From Caldisericia bacterium (lineage in GTDB: Bacteria; Caldisericota; Caldisericia; JAAYUI01): a DNA stretch of 64,000 bases. How positions within the stretch are numbered: the stretch's first letter is position 1; each line of letters starts with the position of its first letter. The notes under the pieces were generated by a model, which searched no databases, was not told the origin of the DNA, and saw nothing but the letters and a program-made list of their open reading frames with translations. The DNA is taken from NCBI GenBank assembly GCA_040768585.1, contig JAXGMQ010000001.1, positions 746,392 to 810,391 of the forward strand. Direction: 5' to 3'. Below are positions 46,378 to 55,843 of the stretch, in pieces. A program made the position numbers and the translations under genes.

Positions 46378-46567
46378 ATCGTCTCTCCATCCTCCTTTAA
46401 ATTTTGTCGTGTCCAAGAATACACACTCTGAACACAGGCACAGGCGGTGCCATAAACTCATAAAGGCTAAACAGAATCAAACGCCATTAAAAGCTGTCAG
46501 CACCCTCACCGGCAGAGTATATCAAAATGATTACTAGTTGGCAAATCAAATTTTTTGGGTCAATAAA

Positions 46568-47794
46568 TTACCATGAAGCCAGGTACTTCTTCTGTTGTTC
46601 TGTTAATTTGTCAATTTTTATTCCATGAGACTCAAGCTTCAACACTGCCACTCTTCTGTCCACATCATCAGGTACCCTATGAAGTGACTTTGGCATCTTC
46701 AGCCCATTTGTGAGTCCATAATGCAGTGAGAGTAGTTGAAGCGCAAAGGACAGATCCATTATCTCAGCAGGATGCCCATCACCACAGGCAAGATTCACAA
46801 GCCTTCCTTCACCAAGCACGTTTATCTTTTTCCCTGACGGGAGCGTGTATTCGGTAATATTTCTTCTAACCTCTCGGCTTGACACGGCGTAGTCGCGAAG
46901 CTCATTCATCGCAACCTCAACATCAAAGTGACCTGCATTGGAGAGAATTGAGCCTTCCTTTAGAAGTTCGAAGTGTCTCTTATCAATAATGTTTGTGTCA
47001 CCTGTCGCTGTCACAAAAATGTCTCCAACAGGGGCAGCTTCCTCCATCGTCTTCACGACAAAACCATCAAAGTGCGCTTCCATCGCTCGAATCGGGTCAA
47101 CCTCAGTGACAACAACCCTTGCACCAAGACCAGAGGCTCTCATGGCAAGCCCCCTGCCAACCCAACCATAACCGGCAACAACAACAGTTTTACCGCACAC
47201 CGTCAGGTTTGTGGTTCTCATGATTCCGTCCCAGCTTGACTGACCCGTGCCATATCTGTTGTCAAACAGATATTTTGACTGAGCGTCATTGACAGTGATA
47301 ACGGGGCATGGCAACCTTTTGGCTGTCTCCAATGCCCTCATACGAGTTATACCCGATGTTGTCTCCTCTGTTGCGCACAAGACATTGTATCGCTTCGCGT
47401 TCTCTGAAATCTCAACCACCAAATCGGCTCCATCATCAAGCACAAGGGTCGGATGATTTGACAGTGTAGACTTTATGTTTTCCTTATGCTCTTTTTCTGT
47501 CTCGCCATGTTTGGCATAGACGTCGACTCCAGAGCTTGCCAGCGCTGCAGCAACATCATCTTGAGTGGAAAGGGGATTGGAACCACATATGGCAACCTTT
47601 GCTCCACAATCAGAAACGACCTGAGCAAGGTAGGCTGTCTTTGCCTCAAGGTGAATTGACATCGAGATAGACACTCTGTCAAAAGCGCCTTTCATCTCCG
47701 AAGCAAGCTTCGTCAGAACAGGCATGCGGGGTTTTACCCATTCGATCTTCTGTCTGCCAGAAGGCGCTAACTTGATGTCTCTGATTCTACACAT
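46568..47794 (-). CDS. ahcY: Adenosylhomocysteinase
   Basis: Motifs SGRQKIEW...MPVL, DDGADL, TEETTSGI, VNDAQSKYLFDNRYGTGQS, VVAGYGWVGRG (NAD site) and NAGHFDVE. The start at the internal ATG 47794 is preferred. Confidence 0.95.
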   Translation of the reverse strand: MCRIRDIKLAPSGRQKIEWVKPRMPVLTKLASEMKGAFDRVSISMSIHLEAKTAYLAQVVSDCGAKVAICGSNPLSTQDDVAAALASSGVDVYAKHGETEKEHKENIKSTLSNHPTLVLDDGADLVVEISENAKRYNVLCATEETTSGITRMRALETAKRLPCPVITVNDAQSKYLFDNRYGTGQSSWDGIMRTTNLTVCGKTVVVAGYGWVGRGLAMRASGLGARVVVTEVDPIRAMEAHFDGFVVKTMEEAAPVGDIFVTATGDTNIIDKRHFELLKEGSILSNAGHFDVEVAMNELRDYAVSSREVRRNITEYTLPSGKKINVLGEGRLVNLACGDGHPAEIMDLSFALQLLSLHYGLTNGLKMPKSLHRVPDDVDRRVAVLKLESHGIKIDKLTEQQKKYLASW

Positions 47795-47909
47795 ATTCCT
47801 TGTAAACCTCCGACCATATTGCTCTCTAACCAAAGCATATCCACATTGCCATTATCAAACCATAAAATCAGCATTGATTGATTCCTCCCATGATGATAAT
47901 CTCTTTGAC

Positions 47910-48602
47910 ATGAAAGGTTTTAAATATAAGGGTATCCTCGTATTCGCTTTCGTTTTTGTTCTAGTAATCGGATTACAGGAACTTGGGATTCTACCAGATC
48001 TCTCAATGCCAACGGGCAATGAGTGGTTTTTCCATGTTTTCGGCATCCTGATGCCCACCTTTGTCGCTGTCTTTGCGTGGTGGAAAAGGGTGACACTCGT
48101 TGGAATCTCAACGACTATCATCTTCTCTGCATATCTGCTCAAGCTTCTCTATGCTCTGGGTTTGACGTCGGGTTCTTGGGTTATCCAGTACGCCTTTCCA
48201 CTGCTTCTTGCGGTTGGACTTATTATTCTCCTCTACTACTCATATCAGATTCAGATACACAAGAACCTCGTCCCATGGACATATGTCTGCTGGGTTGTTC
48301 TCGTTGTTCCAGCCCTTTATCTCCCTCAAACCATCACATTCTACCCATACCATCTTGCCATGTGGGCACCAACTCTTGTTGCAATCCCCGCCCTCATCAT
48401 ACTTTCCTTCAACGGCAGAGGCGGTCTGGCGGCTGTTTCAGTGGTTGTTTTTTCTGTGTTTTTCCCGCTCTCCGTCTACATTGGCTTCGTGTCCCAGATT
48501 CTAGAGGTACTAGGTTTTCTGCTTCTTGGCTTCCATCTTGCTGGCATTCACTGGGCTAATCGAGAATCCGAAGATCCACCTCAAAAGGAACAAATCCTAT
48601 AA
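47910..48602 (+). CDS. Polytopic membrane protein of unknown function
   Basis: About 230 aa from MKGFKYKGILVFAFVFVLVIG with multiple TM helices. The upstream part of the tracked ORF overlaps ahcY and is rejected. Confidence 0.6.
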   Translation: MKGFKYKGILVFAFVFVLVIGLQELGILPDLSMPTGNEWFFHVFGILMPTFVAVFAWWKRVTLVGISTTIIFSAYLLKLLYALGLTSGSWVIQYAFPLLLAVGLIILLYYSYQIQIHKNLVPWTYVCWVVLVVPALYLPQTITFYPYHLAMWAPTLVAIPALIILSFNGRGGLAAVSVVVFSVFFPLSVYIGFVSQILEVLGFLLLGFHLAGIHWANRESEDPPQKEQIL

Positions 48603-50100
48603 CACCAGGTATATACCTCCAAAAGACCACCTTATCAGGCGGCTGTTCATCACCCCACAACCTCTTGACTCGAAGTGTTACCTCTGGCCAATTCTCAACA
48701 TCGAGCCACATGTGAAACGACGGCTTCGATTGCACCGGAAGCAAGAGCTCGCCTCTATTCATTGAGCCAACAACGAACTTACCAGTAAACAGGTCATCTG
48801 ACTTTGAGAGAACAATCTCTTTCGGGAGATATCCCTCTGGGGCAACATACCCAGACACTGTGATCGTTTTTTGAGTGTTGTAGTCAGTCAATGCGACCGT
48901 AAGATGTCCTTTGAGAATTGCGTTCTTCTGCTCGTCTGATTGTACCCTCAGGGTCACCTCTCCCGGACCAACACCTGAGGTTACCGATGACACTATCCAG
49001 GAGCTCGAATCTACAACACTCCACTTTACACCCTCCAAAACATCAACAAACAACTGCGTTGGGGGCGCAATGTCTGGGGTGGAGATGAAAATATTTTCTG
49101 GTGTTACCTCGAAGTTATCAGCTGGGTTGGGAACGAGTTTTACAGCCACTACCTTCTCTACTGATATTTTGCCGGGGAATGTGAGCTCAATCACTCCATC
49201 TTGAGCGTCGTCTGTCAATCCTTCCTGGAACACAGTGACCTTTATTCTGCCTTTTCCCCTTCCCTGTTTGGGTTCTATATCAATCCATGGGACGGTAGGC
49301 AGGGCTTCCCAGACAAACAGATTCTCATCGGCTGTTGGTATAACATCGATGTATTCAGTCTGTCCGCTTACACCCTTTGTAAATTTTATCGAGTCAGTTG
49401 AGATGTCAGCTTCTGGATTTTCTGGCAATGTTTCCTCTCCCACCACATCAGAGGTCATTGTGGCAGTTTGTTTGTAATTTTTGGTCGAGGCTTCGATCTC
49501 AAGCGAGAAAAGCTTTGGCTCTGTGTAGGTAGTTGATCCCATGCCAGTCGTTGCTATACCTGGAAGGTCAATATAAGTGGGTGCCACTCCAACTCTGCCT
49601 GAAACGGGGTCTTTGGGTTTTGTGAATGTAACAGTGCCACAGGCTTCAGAATCGGGGCAAGTTAAAAGGATTGTAAACTTTCCGGAGCCACCCGGATAGA
49701 ATGTTCTTTTCCCTGGGAAGATTCTCATTGTGAACTTCTGAATCTTCTCTCTGACAACATTGATTGTCACGGTTCGGGTAATTTCACCAACCTTGATTTC
49801 AAGCATCGAGACATCGTCAGCCCTCGCAAGGTTTCCAAGCGGGTACACCCTGAGCGTTGCAGAGCCTGTCCCTTCCGTTTCTCCTCCAAACCCAAATGGG
49901 TACTCGACGCTCCAACCATCACCATCTGCACAGTCAATATATATCTCATGATATTTTGGACTCGGCTTGTTTGATCTTACTTCAAAGGTAATCTCTGACG
50001 GTGAAACTACAAAATCAAAGTTGAGACCAACAAGAAAAGAGGCGCACAATATCGCGCACAAAACGACAGAAAAAACATGTTTTATTCTTTGCACACCCAA
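48556..50100 (-). CDS. Secreted protein with repeated Ig-like/BACON-like modules
   Basis: Signal peptide. Repeats of the pattern W.v....sW....p..G.G.g.i.v.v (e.g. VKWSVVDSSSWIVSSVTSGVGPGEVTLRV, EALPTVPWIDIEPKQGRGKGRIKVTV). Confidence 0.6.
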   Translation of the reverse strand: MGVQRIKHVFSVVLCAILCASFLVGLNFDFVVSPSEITFEVRSNKPSPKYHEIYIDCADGDGWSVEYPFGFGGETEGTGSATLRVYPLGNLARADDVSMLEIKVGEITRTVTINVVREKIQKFTMRIFPGKRTFYPGGSGKFTILLTCPDSEACGTVTFTKPKDPVSGRVGVAPTYIDLPGIATTGMGSTTYTEPKLFSLEIEASTKNYKQTATMTSDVVGEETLPENPEADISTDSIKFTKGVSGQTEYIDVIPTADENLFVWEALPTVPWIDIEPKQGRGKGRIKVTVFQEGLTDDAQDGVIELTFPGKISVEKVVAVKLVPNPADNFEVTPENIFISTPDIAPPTQLFVDVLEGVKWSVVDSSSWIVSSVTSGVGPGEVTLRVQSDEQKNAILKGHLTVALTDYNTQKTITVSGYVAPEGYLPKEIVLSKSDDLFTGKFVVGSMNRGELLLPVQSKPSFHMWLDVENWPEVTLRVKRLWGDEQPPDKVVFWRYIPGVIGFVPFEVDLRILD

Positions 50101-50201
50101 TCATTTATCACATTTGCCAGACTGTCAACCATTATTTAAAATCAGCCCACCTAAGATTGTCATATTGACAACATTAGCATACAAAAATAGAATTGTTTCA
50201 A

Positions 50202-50636
50202 ATGGAAGAAATGTATATCTGCCCGAATTGCAATGCGCTTGTCAACAGCAGCGAAGACGCCTGTCCAGAGTGCGATGAAGACCTCACACTTTACAGCGAT
50301 GAAGATCTTCAGGCCGGATTCATCCCAGAGATTATCTTCTCAGCGGAATCTCTTGCCGAAGCTCAGGCAATCGTGGAGTTTCTCAGAAACAACGACATCC
50401 CATCCACATACCTCGACTTCGACTCACCATTAAGGGAGCAATTGCGAGAGACATCCTCAGACAGTGTCCCCGTAATTGTGCACAAGGACACGGCCGAGAA
50501 GGCGATAGAGCTTGTGGATGAGTACATGTCAGTTGTCCCGGTTGGTGACTCCGATGATGAGGATTGGAGCGACGAAGAGGGTGAAATCGAGGATGACGAC
50601 GAGTACAACGATATCGGTCACAACCAAATCGCCTAG
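50202..50636 (+). CDS. Zinc-ribbon protein with acidic tail
   Basis: CPNC...CPEC at the N-terminus, a small alpha/beta-like middle (possibly DUF2007-like) and a D/E-rich C-terminus. Confidence 0.5.
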   Translation: MEEMYICPNCNALVNSSEDACPECDEDLTLYSDEDLQAGFIPEIIFSAESLAEAQAIVEFLRNNDIPSTYLDFDSPLREQLRETSSDSVPVIVHKDTAEKAIELVDEYMSVVPVGDSDDEDWSDEEGEIEDDDEYNDIGHNQIA

Positions 50637-51119
50637 CAAGTAATCTTCAAAGCTCTCTGTCCTTTCGAGGAAGTCACAGGGGCATAATTTTAATGGCAAG
50701 TCTGCCTTCTTGCTCCTCCGGTTTGATGCCGGACGGTTTGAAGGCCGCAGTGTCCGTGGTCTCTATGGATTTTTGTGGCTCTGGTTTCATCCTACCCATC
50801 GAATTAGCGGTCTTTCCGAGATTTTGTGTGTGTCTTGCGCGCACGAAATACACTTTTTGAAATATTTATTAGGGATATGAGTAAGCACTATCTCGTATTA
50901 AATAAATCTGTGGTTGAAGAAGTCGATTGTCTTTTATAATGCATAGGGTCTGAATAATCACTTTTTTGGAACAATTCACAGAAAACACTAAATTACTCGG
51001 TTGGCATTTGACACTCGGGGATTCTAAACGTCGGTTGGAGTTATTTTATTAAGATGTTTATTTCTGATGCAGAAAACAATCCAAGAAGATTCCTGCTGCA
51101 TCTAACGCAAAAAACAAAA

Positions 51120-51148
51120 ATGCCCTCCATTGTATGGAGGGCATTTTT
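51120..51148. terminator. Bidirectional rho-independent terminator
   Basis: A perfect 10-bp stem TGCCCTCCAT / ATGGAGGGCA (51121-51143) with a 3-nt loop. It is flanked by an A-run upstream and TTTTT downstream, just past the 3' end of the minus-strand gene. Confidence 0.8.
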
Positions 51149-51166
51149 ATGTGTATTACCTATGAT

Positions 51167-51688
51167 TTACTCGCGGTCAATTCCCTCTGGAACGATGTAG
51201 ACATTGAGCGGTCTCTTGCGGAGTCTGACGTCAACGTTCGGGTTGACGGTTCTCTCAATCCTACCACTCTTGTCAGTCGCTCGAGAAATCAAGTTGTAGA
51301 CGCCACCTGGTCCTGGAGGTGCTGACATATGGAACGACCATTCACCGGTCTTCTCATCAACATCGCAGTTGAACCAAGTCTGTCCGCCATCGGGCGAGAT
51401 CTCTATTGAAGAGATCCTGGCCTGTGCCTTGAACTCACCAAGAACGGTGAAAGGTGTCTGAATTGTATCCATATCAAGAACATTGTTGAACCATGTTCTT
51501 GGTGTTGGATCATTGGCGAGGTCTTCGGCACTACCGCCGCCTCCAGAGGAGGGGGCTGGTGGTGGTGGTGGAGCTGCAACGCAGCCGCCGCCGCCGCCTC
51601 AACCAAATGTACCGCCCGACACCGAGCTCAAGACGAATCCGCCAGCAAGCATCAGCAATACAGTTGCTATAACTATCGTCTTTTTCAT
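51167..51688 (-). pseudogene. Secreted Gly/Pro-linker plus Ig-like-domain protein gene interrupted by one in-frame TGA
   Basis: The ATG at 51688 has an AAGGAG RBS and encodes MKKTIVIATVLLMLAGGFVLSSVSGGTFG. TGA follows at 51601-51599. The same frame then continues GGGGGCVAAPPPPPAPSSGGGGSAED... into the tracked ORF 51167..51472. Confidence 0.65.
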
Positions 51689-52000
51689 AGGCTTCTCCTT
51701 TCTACGAATCTGCATCGATTCTACACCATCTGAGAACACAAGGTCAATAGTCCAATCAGTAGAAGTTTTCTCCTTGCGTTCCCAAACTAACTTCTACATC
51801 ATAAATACTGCGCAAACACTGGCCGGTTCATGTTTATTAAAATACGAGAGTTGAATCAGAAGCAGAAAACTCGGAAGTGTCCATGCGTTTTAAACATTGC
51901 GTTGGAAAACGTAAATCGGCTTGTCTCCACAATATACCGAAACATTACCGAATATATTACAGAAACGTACTCAAAATGGCTCAATAGACCAAATGAAACA

Positions 52001-52774
52001 CTAACCCACAGGGGCTTGTATCTCAATCATTGGTATTTCCGTTTTATCAGGGTGTCTCAGGTGAATCATGCGAAGAGGGGCAATCACTTTCAAACCACGC
52101 TCCTCTATATAATCAAAGAGTTTTTTGAAGCCATTTCCACATTCATCGTAGGAACCCTCATACACAACAGACACAACGTTGGCCTGGGGCATTGTCGCAT
52201 CTCCGTCCTTCGTCACACCTCTTATCGCTTCGATATCGGTTGGTTCGGTTGAATATTCGGGTGTGTGGTAGACCGTCATGATTATTCCATTCTGGTTTTT
52301 TAGCTTTTCAGACTTGGCTTTTGCAAGCTCCTCGAACAATTGATGTTCACCGTCATACGTCGCCATTTTACGAACAGAAACGTATTCAAACGACGGGGAC
52401 ACCTTTTCAATTGGGTCATGTACTTTCATGTAAGTCTCCTTTTGTGTTTTTTGAAGTAGTGTGTCACACACAAGAAGATAAGAATCCACAAGGTCTTTTC
52501 TCTTCTGTAGTTCATTTCTGTGTTCAGACAATACTTGTGTGGTATCGAGTCCCTGATTCATCCGCTCAAGATAGCGCGCAATATCTCGAAGCGGTAGATC
52601 GGCTCTTCGGAGTTTTGCAATAGTCCTTGCAGTATCAGCCTGGTCTTTGCTGTAGTACCTGTATGCATTACCCCAACCAACCTTCGCAGGTCGCAGCAGA
52701 CCGATTTTGTCGTAATGCCTGAGCATCTTTGTCGTGATTCCGACAATCAATGAGAATTGACCAATTGTGTACAC
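52001..52774 (-). CDS. MerR family regulator with GyrI-like effector-binding domain (BmrR-like)
   Basis: GTG start with a GGAGGTG RBS. N-terminal YTIGQFSLIVGITTKMLRHYDKIGLL (MerR HTH) and a ~150-aa C-terminal GyrI-like region. Confidence 0.85.
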   Translation of the reverse strand: MYTIGQFSLIVGITTKMLRHYDKIGLLRPAKVGWGNAYRYYSKDQADTARTIAKLRRADLPLRDIARYLERMNQGLDTTQVLSEHRNELQKRKDLVDSYLLVCDTLLQKTQKETYMKVHDPIEKVSPSFEYVSVRKMATYDGEHQLFEELAKAKSEKLKNQNGIIMTVYHTPEYSTEPTDIEAIRGVTKDGDATMPQANVVSVVYEGSYDECGNGFKKLFDYIEERGLKVIAPLRMIHLRHPDKTEIPMIEIQAPVG

Positions 52775-52796
52775 CTATCTCTCACCTCCAAAGAAG

Positions 52797-52827
52797 AGAC
52801 TAGAGGTTACCATAGTGGTAAAGTCAA
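52797..52827 (-). promoter_or_regulatory. MerR-type promoter with 19-bp spacer and dyad operator
   Basis: On the minus strand: TTGACT, a 19-nt spacer containing TTACCA-CTA-TGGTAA, then TAGTCT. It lies ~20 nt upstream of the merR-like gene's RBS. Confidence 0.6.
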
Positions 52828-53009
52828 GTGTTTTGAAGAACTATGCAAAAACTTAGAATTCATGCAATCTTTTGTGAAATAAAATCAAAAACTACGTATA
52901 AAATGCATCTCGTAGATACAATCCCTGTGCAATATTTTACAATCATTATACAAACAGCAACTTGACTCCACTGTTTGCTGTATATAGCTTTGCATGTAGG
53001 AGGTGCACA

Positions 53010-54134
53010 ATGCTAGGGAAAATCTTTGGAGCTGTCTTGGTTCTTATCATTTCAACAACATCACCTGTTTGTCTTACTCCAATTGAAATCAGCCAGGAGC
53101 AGTTTGGTGTTTATGATGTTTCTGAGGGGATAATCGTTTATAAGGCATTCGATGAGTCTGGAAAAATTGAAGTGTTTACAAAGAATGTTGACACAAACGA
53201 GGAGAAGAAGATTTCAAAAAACGGAGCCAAGAAATGGACTCCTTTCATTTGTAATAACTATGTTTTATGGACTCAACGTGTAGGTAGAAATTATGAGATG
53301 GTGTTATACAACATGAAATCAGAGGAAACCGAAGTAATCGCGGAAAATACATTCAATTTTTCAATTAGACCGGCACTAACCGATAAATGGATTGTGTGGA
53401 TAGAAAGAAAATTAGAAGAAAACGACATGCTTGCCTACAATCTCGAAACAAAAGAGAAAATCTCTCTGATAGAAGACAAGACAATCATGGTGGGTAAACC
53501 TGTTGTTGTTGGTGATAATGCTTTCTATGTTTACTCAGGCAAGAGTGATTGCGAAGAAACAGAGAGAGTTTTTCACCTTAACTCATTCAATCTTATGACA
53601 GGGGAAACAGAACTAGTTCACACAGGCTTAGGGAGTCAGGTAAATATGCATGGACAAGGTGATTGGGTTGTATGGAATGAAAAAATCGACATGAATTCAT
53701 TTAAGCTATTTCTATACCAGATAAGCGAAAAGAAGACCATTCAAGTTGAAACATCTGACCACTTGCCAATCGATTTAGCGATGTGCGGTGAAACAGTTGT
53801 TTATATCGCAAGCACAGATTCAAGTGAGTTCTCGGCCATTTACATGCTTAACGTACCAGATGAAAACCCAACACCAAAAGTAATTTATTCCTCTGATTCT
53901 CAAAAATTTTTCCCAGAGTGTGGTGATAATGTTGTGCTTTGGCATGATATCATCGAGCCTGGGGGAAGGAACAAAATTAAAGGAATTGTGATATCAACTG
54001 GTGATGTTTTTTCTGTATCAGATTCACCCAAAAGCCAGTATCTGTCATTTTTTAAGGATGGCATCATAGACTGGGTGGAAGGTCAACCCGAAGATGGAAG
54101 AGTCGAGAAGATTTACAAACTTTCTGTTCGATAA
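53010..54134 (+). CDS. Secreted beta-propeller-like repeat protein of unknown function
   Basis: AGGAGG RBS before the ATG at 53010. Signal peptide MLGKIFGAVLVLIISTTSP. Recurring blade-like strings (YNMKSEETEVI, YNLETKEKISL, FNLMTGETELV, LYQISEKKTIQV). Confidence 0.6.
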   Translation: MLGKIFGAVLVLIISTTSPVCLTPIEISQEQFGVYDVSEGIIVYKAFDESGKIEVFTKNVDTNEEKKISKNGAKKWTPFICNNYVLWTQRVGRNYEMVLYNMKSEETEVIAENTFNFSIRPALTDKWIVWIERKLEENDMLAYNLETKEKISLIEDKTIMVGKPVVVGDNAFYVYSGKSDCEETERVFHLNSFNLMTGETELVHTGLGSQVNMHGQGDWVVWNEKIDMNSFKLFLYQISEKKTIQVETSDHLPIDLAMCGETVVYIASTDSSEFSAIYMLNVPDENPTPKVIYSSDSQKFFPECGDNVVLWHDIIEPGGRNKIKGIVISTGDVFSVSDSPKSQYLSFFKDGIIDWVEGQPEDGRVEKIYKLSVR

Positions 54135-54311
54135 AAAATATTGGAGAAATACTGCTAAAATGTTGGATGACGTCCACAGAATAACGAAATCGATAAGCAT
54201 AGAAATCCAGTACAGCAGGTTCCGAATCACAAACAAAAGAAATGAATTGTGATAATTCAGTAAACATTCCTAATACAAAGATAATGACCATACTAAAAAA
54301 GAAAACGAGTG

Positions 54312-54596
54312 CTATTTTGCCAAAATGTGGTTCAGTTCTTCTATGACCTGTTCAAGTCGCTTCAGCTCCGGGTAATATTTTATCTTCTGAGCGTTTTTTT
54401 CAGTTGTGACAAAACCCTGATACCGCAACACCCTGAGGTGCTGAGAAACTATCGCCTGCTCAAGGTTCAGTTTCTTTGTTATTTCACTCACATTTATCAT
54501 TGGGTTGCGAATGAGCAGCTCCATCATCGCCATTCGAGTCGGATGCGCAAGAGCCTTCAATCCCCCCACAAGATTTGAACTTGTCTCTACCTTCAT
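54312..54596 (-). CDS. ArsR/SmtB family transcriptional regulator
   Basis: LKALAHPTRMAMMELL....MINVSEITKKLNLEQAIVSQHLRVLRYQGFV. The internal start at 54596 is preferred. Confidence 0.8.
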   Translation of the reverse strand: MKVETSSNLVGGLKALAHPTRMAMMELLIRNPMINVSEITKKLNLEQAIVSQHLRVLRYQGFVTTEKNAQKIKYYPELKRLEQVIEELNHILAK

Positions 54597-54639
54597 GGGT
54601 ACTATGATATGTGGGTAAAATGGAGTGTGAAAGAGCGAC

Positions 54640-55359
54640 ATGATCAAAAAGATATATAAATTTGTTAACATTTGTCTGCTATTGCTCATTATTGCTTGCT
54701 TATCTGGGTTTACAAATTCGGATGAAACAACGATAAAAATCGCAACCCCACCATCTGGTCTTCACACAAGAGAAACCAGCCTCTTTCTTAGAGGCAGCGT
54801 GTCAAACACCAACATAAACTCGGTCGATCTCTTACTCGACGGAGCGACTATAGGTCGAATCAGCACTTCTTGCAAAGATGGCACTTTTTCAAACACTGTA
54901 ACACTGGGTGCTGGCAAGACTGCCATCACAGCCCAAGCATTTTCAGATGGTCAATATATCGAGGCTGGAATCGTTGTATACAGAGACTGCTCTGTGACAG
55001 CTGGAATCGGTGAGAGTCAAGTGTATGTAAACTCCGGAATAGACTACCTGGCAAACCCCATCCTGATAATTTATGGCAGGTCACTTGTGCCGCTTCGCGA
55101 GTTTGCCAATTTCTTTGGAGCCGAGGTTGGCTGGGATGATGTAAATCGGGAGATCACAGTCACACTTGGAAGACTCAAATCGAGTATCAAACTCGGTTCA
55201 GATCAGGGAACAATTGACGGGGTGAAAACCAAATGCGACCCCCCAGCAAAGTCAATCAACAGTACAGCATATGTCCCTTCGAGGTTCCTTGCCTCTATGG
55301 TTGGCGGGGGGGTGTCCTGGAACGGCAGCACAAAGATGCTCACAGTTGCAGTTCCGTAG
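54640..55359 (+). CDS. Lipoprotein with Ig-like region and copper-amine-oxidase-N-terminal-like (stalk) domain
   Basis: Lipobox LIIAC. The C-terminal half has GRSLVPLREFANFFGAEVGWDDVNREITVTLG and AYVPSRFLASMVGGGVSWNGSTKMLTV. Confidence 0.7.
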   Translation: MIKKIYKFVNICLLLLIIACLSGFTNSDETTIKIATPPSGLHTRETSLFLRGSVSNTNINSVDLLLDGATIGRISTSCKDGTFSNTVTLGAGKTAITAQAFSDGQYIEAGIVVYRDCSVTAGIGESQVYVNSGIDYLANPILIIYGRSLVPLREFANFFGAEVGWDDVNREITVTLGRLKSSIKLGSDQGTIDGVKTKCDPPAKSINSTAYVPSRFLASMVGGGVSWNGSTKMLTVAVP

Positions 55360-55788
55360 GGTTCCCAAAATATTTTAATAAAAATCTGGGGAGTGGTATC
55401 CGGCAGGTTGGTTATTGAAATCCCATACCACACGTTTTATCGTTGTTCGAATTGCACGTTAATCTTATCAGTTGATAAATCCTGAAAGTTTGGGCTTTCC
55501 TTAAAGAGAAAAATCAAATCCCCAACTGCAAGCAGACAGTCCGGTGAATGAAGTTTTCTCAATGAGAACTGTCTAAATAACTCAGACTATTTTTAGGGTT
55601 ACCTTCCCTCAAACTCCCTCGAATAATACTTACAAGTCTTCATGCCTCAAATTGAATCCACAAGTGTTCTCTTTCAAATATAGAAGAAATGCATATTGGT
55701 AACTGGTGAATTTGATCTGTGTTTGTTTTGCAGATGATTAACTATTTAGATCTACGCACCCCCCACTAGTGAGGGGTGAAACGGTACA

Positions 55789-55831
55789 CATAGGTGCATA
55801 TCGAAGTTACAAACTTCGATATGCGCCTATG
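55789..55831. repeat. 43-nt near-perfect palindrome
   Basis: CATAGG-T-GCATATCGAAGTT-ACA-AACTTCGATATGC-G-CCTATG. It lies 13 nt beyond the 3' end of the ccdA-like gene. No adjacent T-run on either strand. Confidence 0.7.
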
Positions 55832-55843
55832 AAATAATTATTG

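Noticed and set aside
47795-47909. SAH riboswitch upstream of ahcY.
   Set aside because: The 115-nt leader on the minus strand lacks the GC-rich pseudoknotted SAH aptamer consensus. It looks like an ordinary divergent promoter region.
51599-51601. Genome-wide UGA=Gly recoding (genetic code 25, as in SR1/Gracilibacteria), prompted by a TGA sitting inside a Gly run.
   Set aside because: TGA clearly terminates trmD (24488-24490), ntpC (37501-37503) and ntpA (39578-39580) at conserved C-termini with coupled downstream starts. Very long ORFs (e.g. 1197 aa) are free of TGA. The standard code therefore applies.
51483-51854. 123-aa plus-strand ORF (and 51403..51606 on the minus strand) rich in Gly/Pro/Ala.
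   Set aside because: These are antisense or off-frame artefacts of the (GGC)5/(CCA)5 low-complexity tract within the interrupted secreted-protein gene. They have no RBS and no plausible product.
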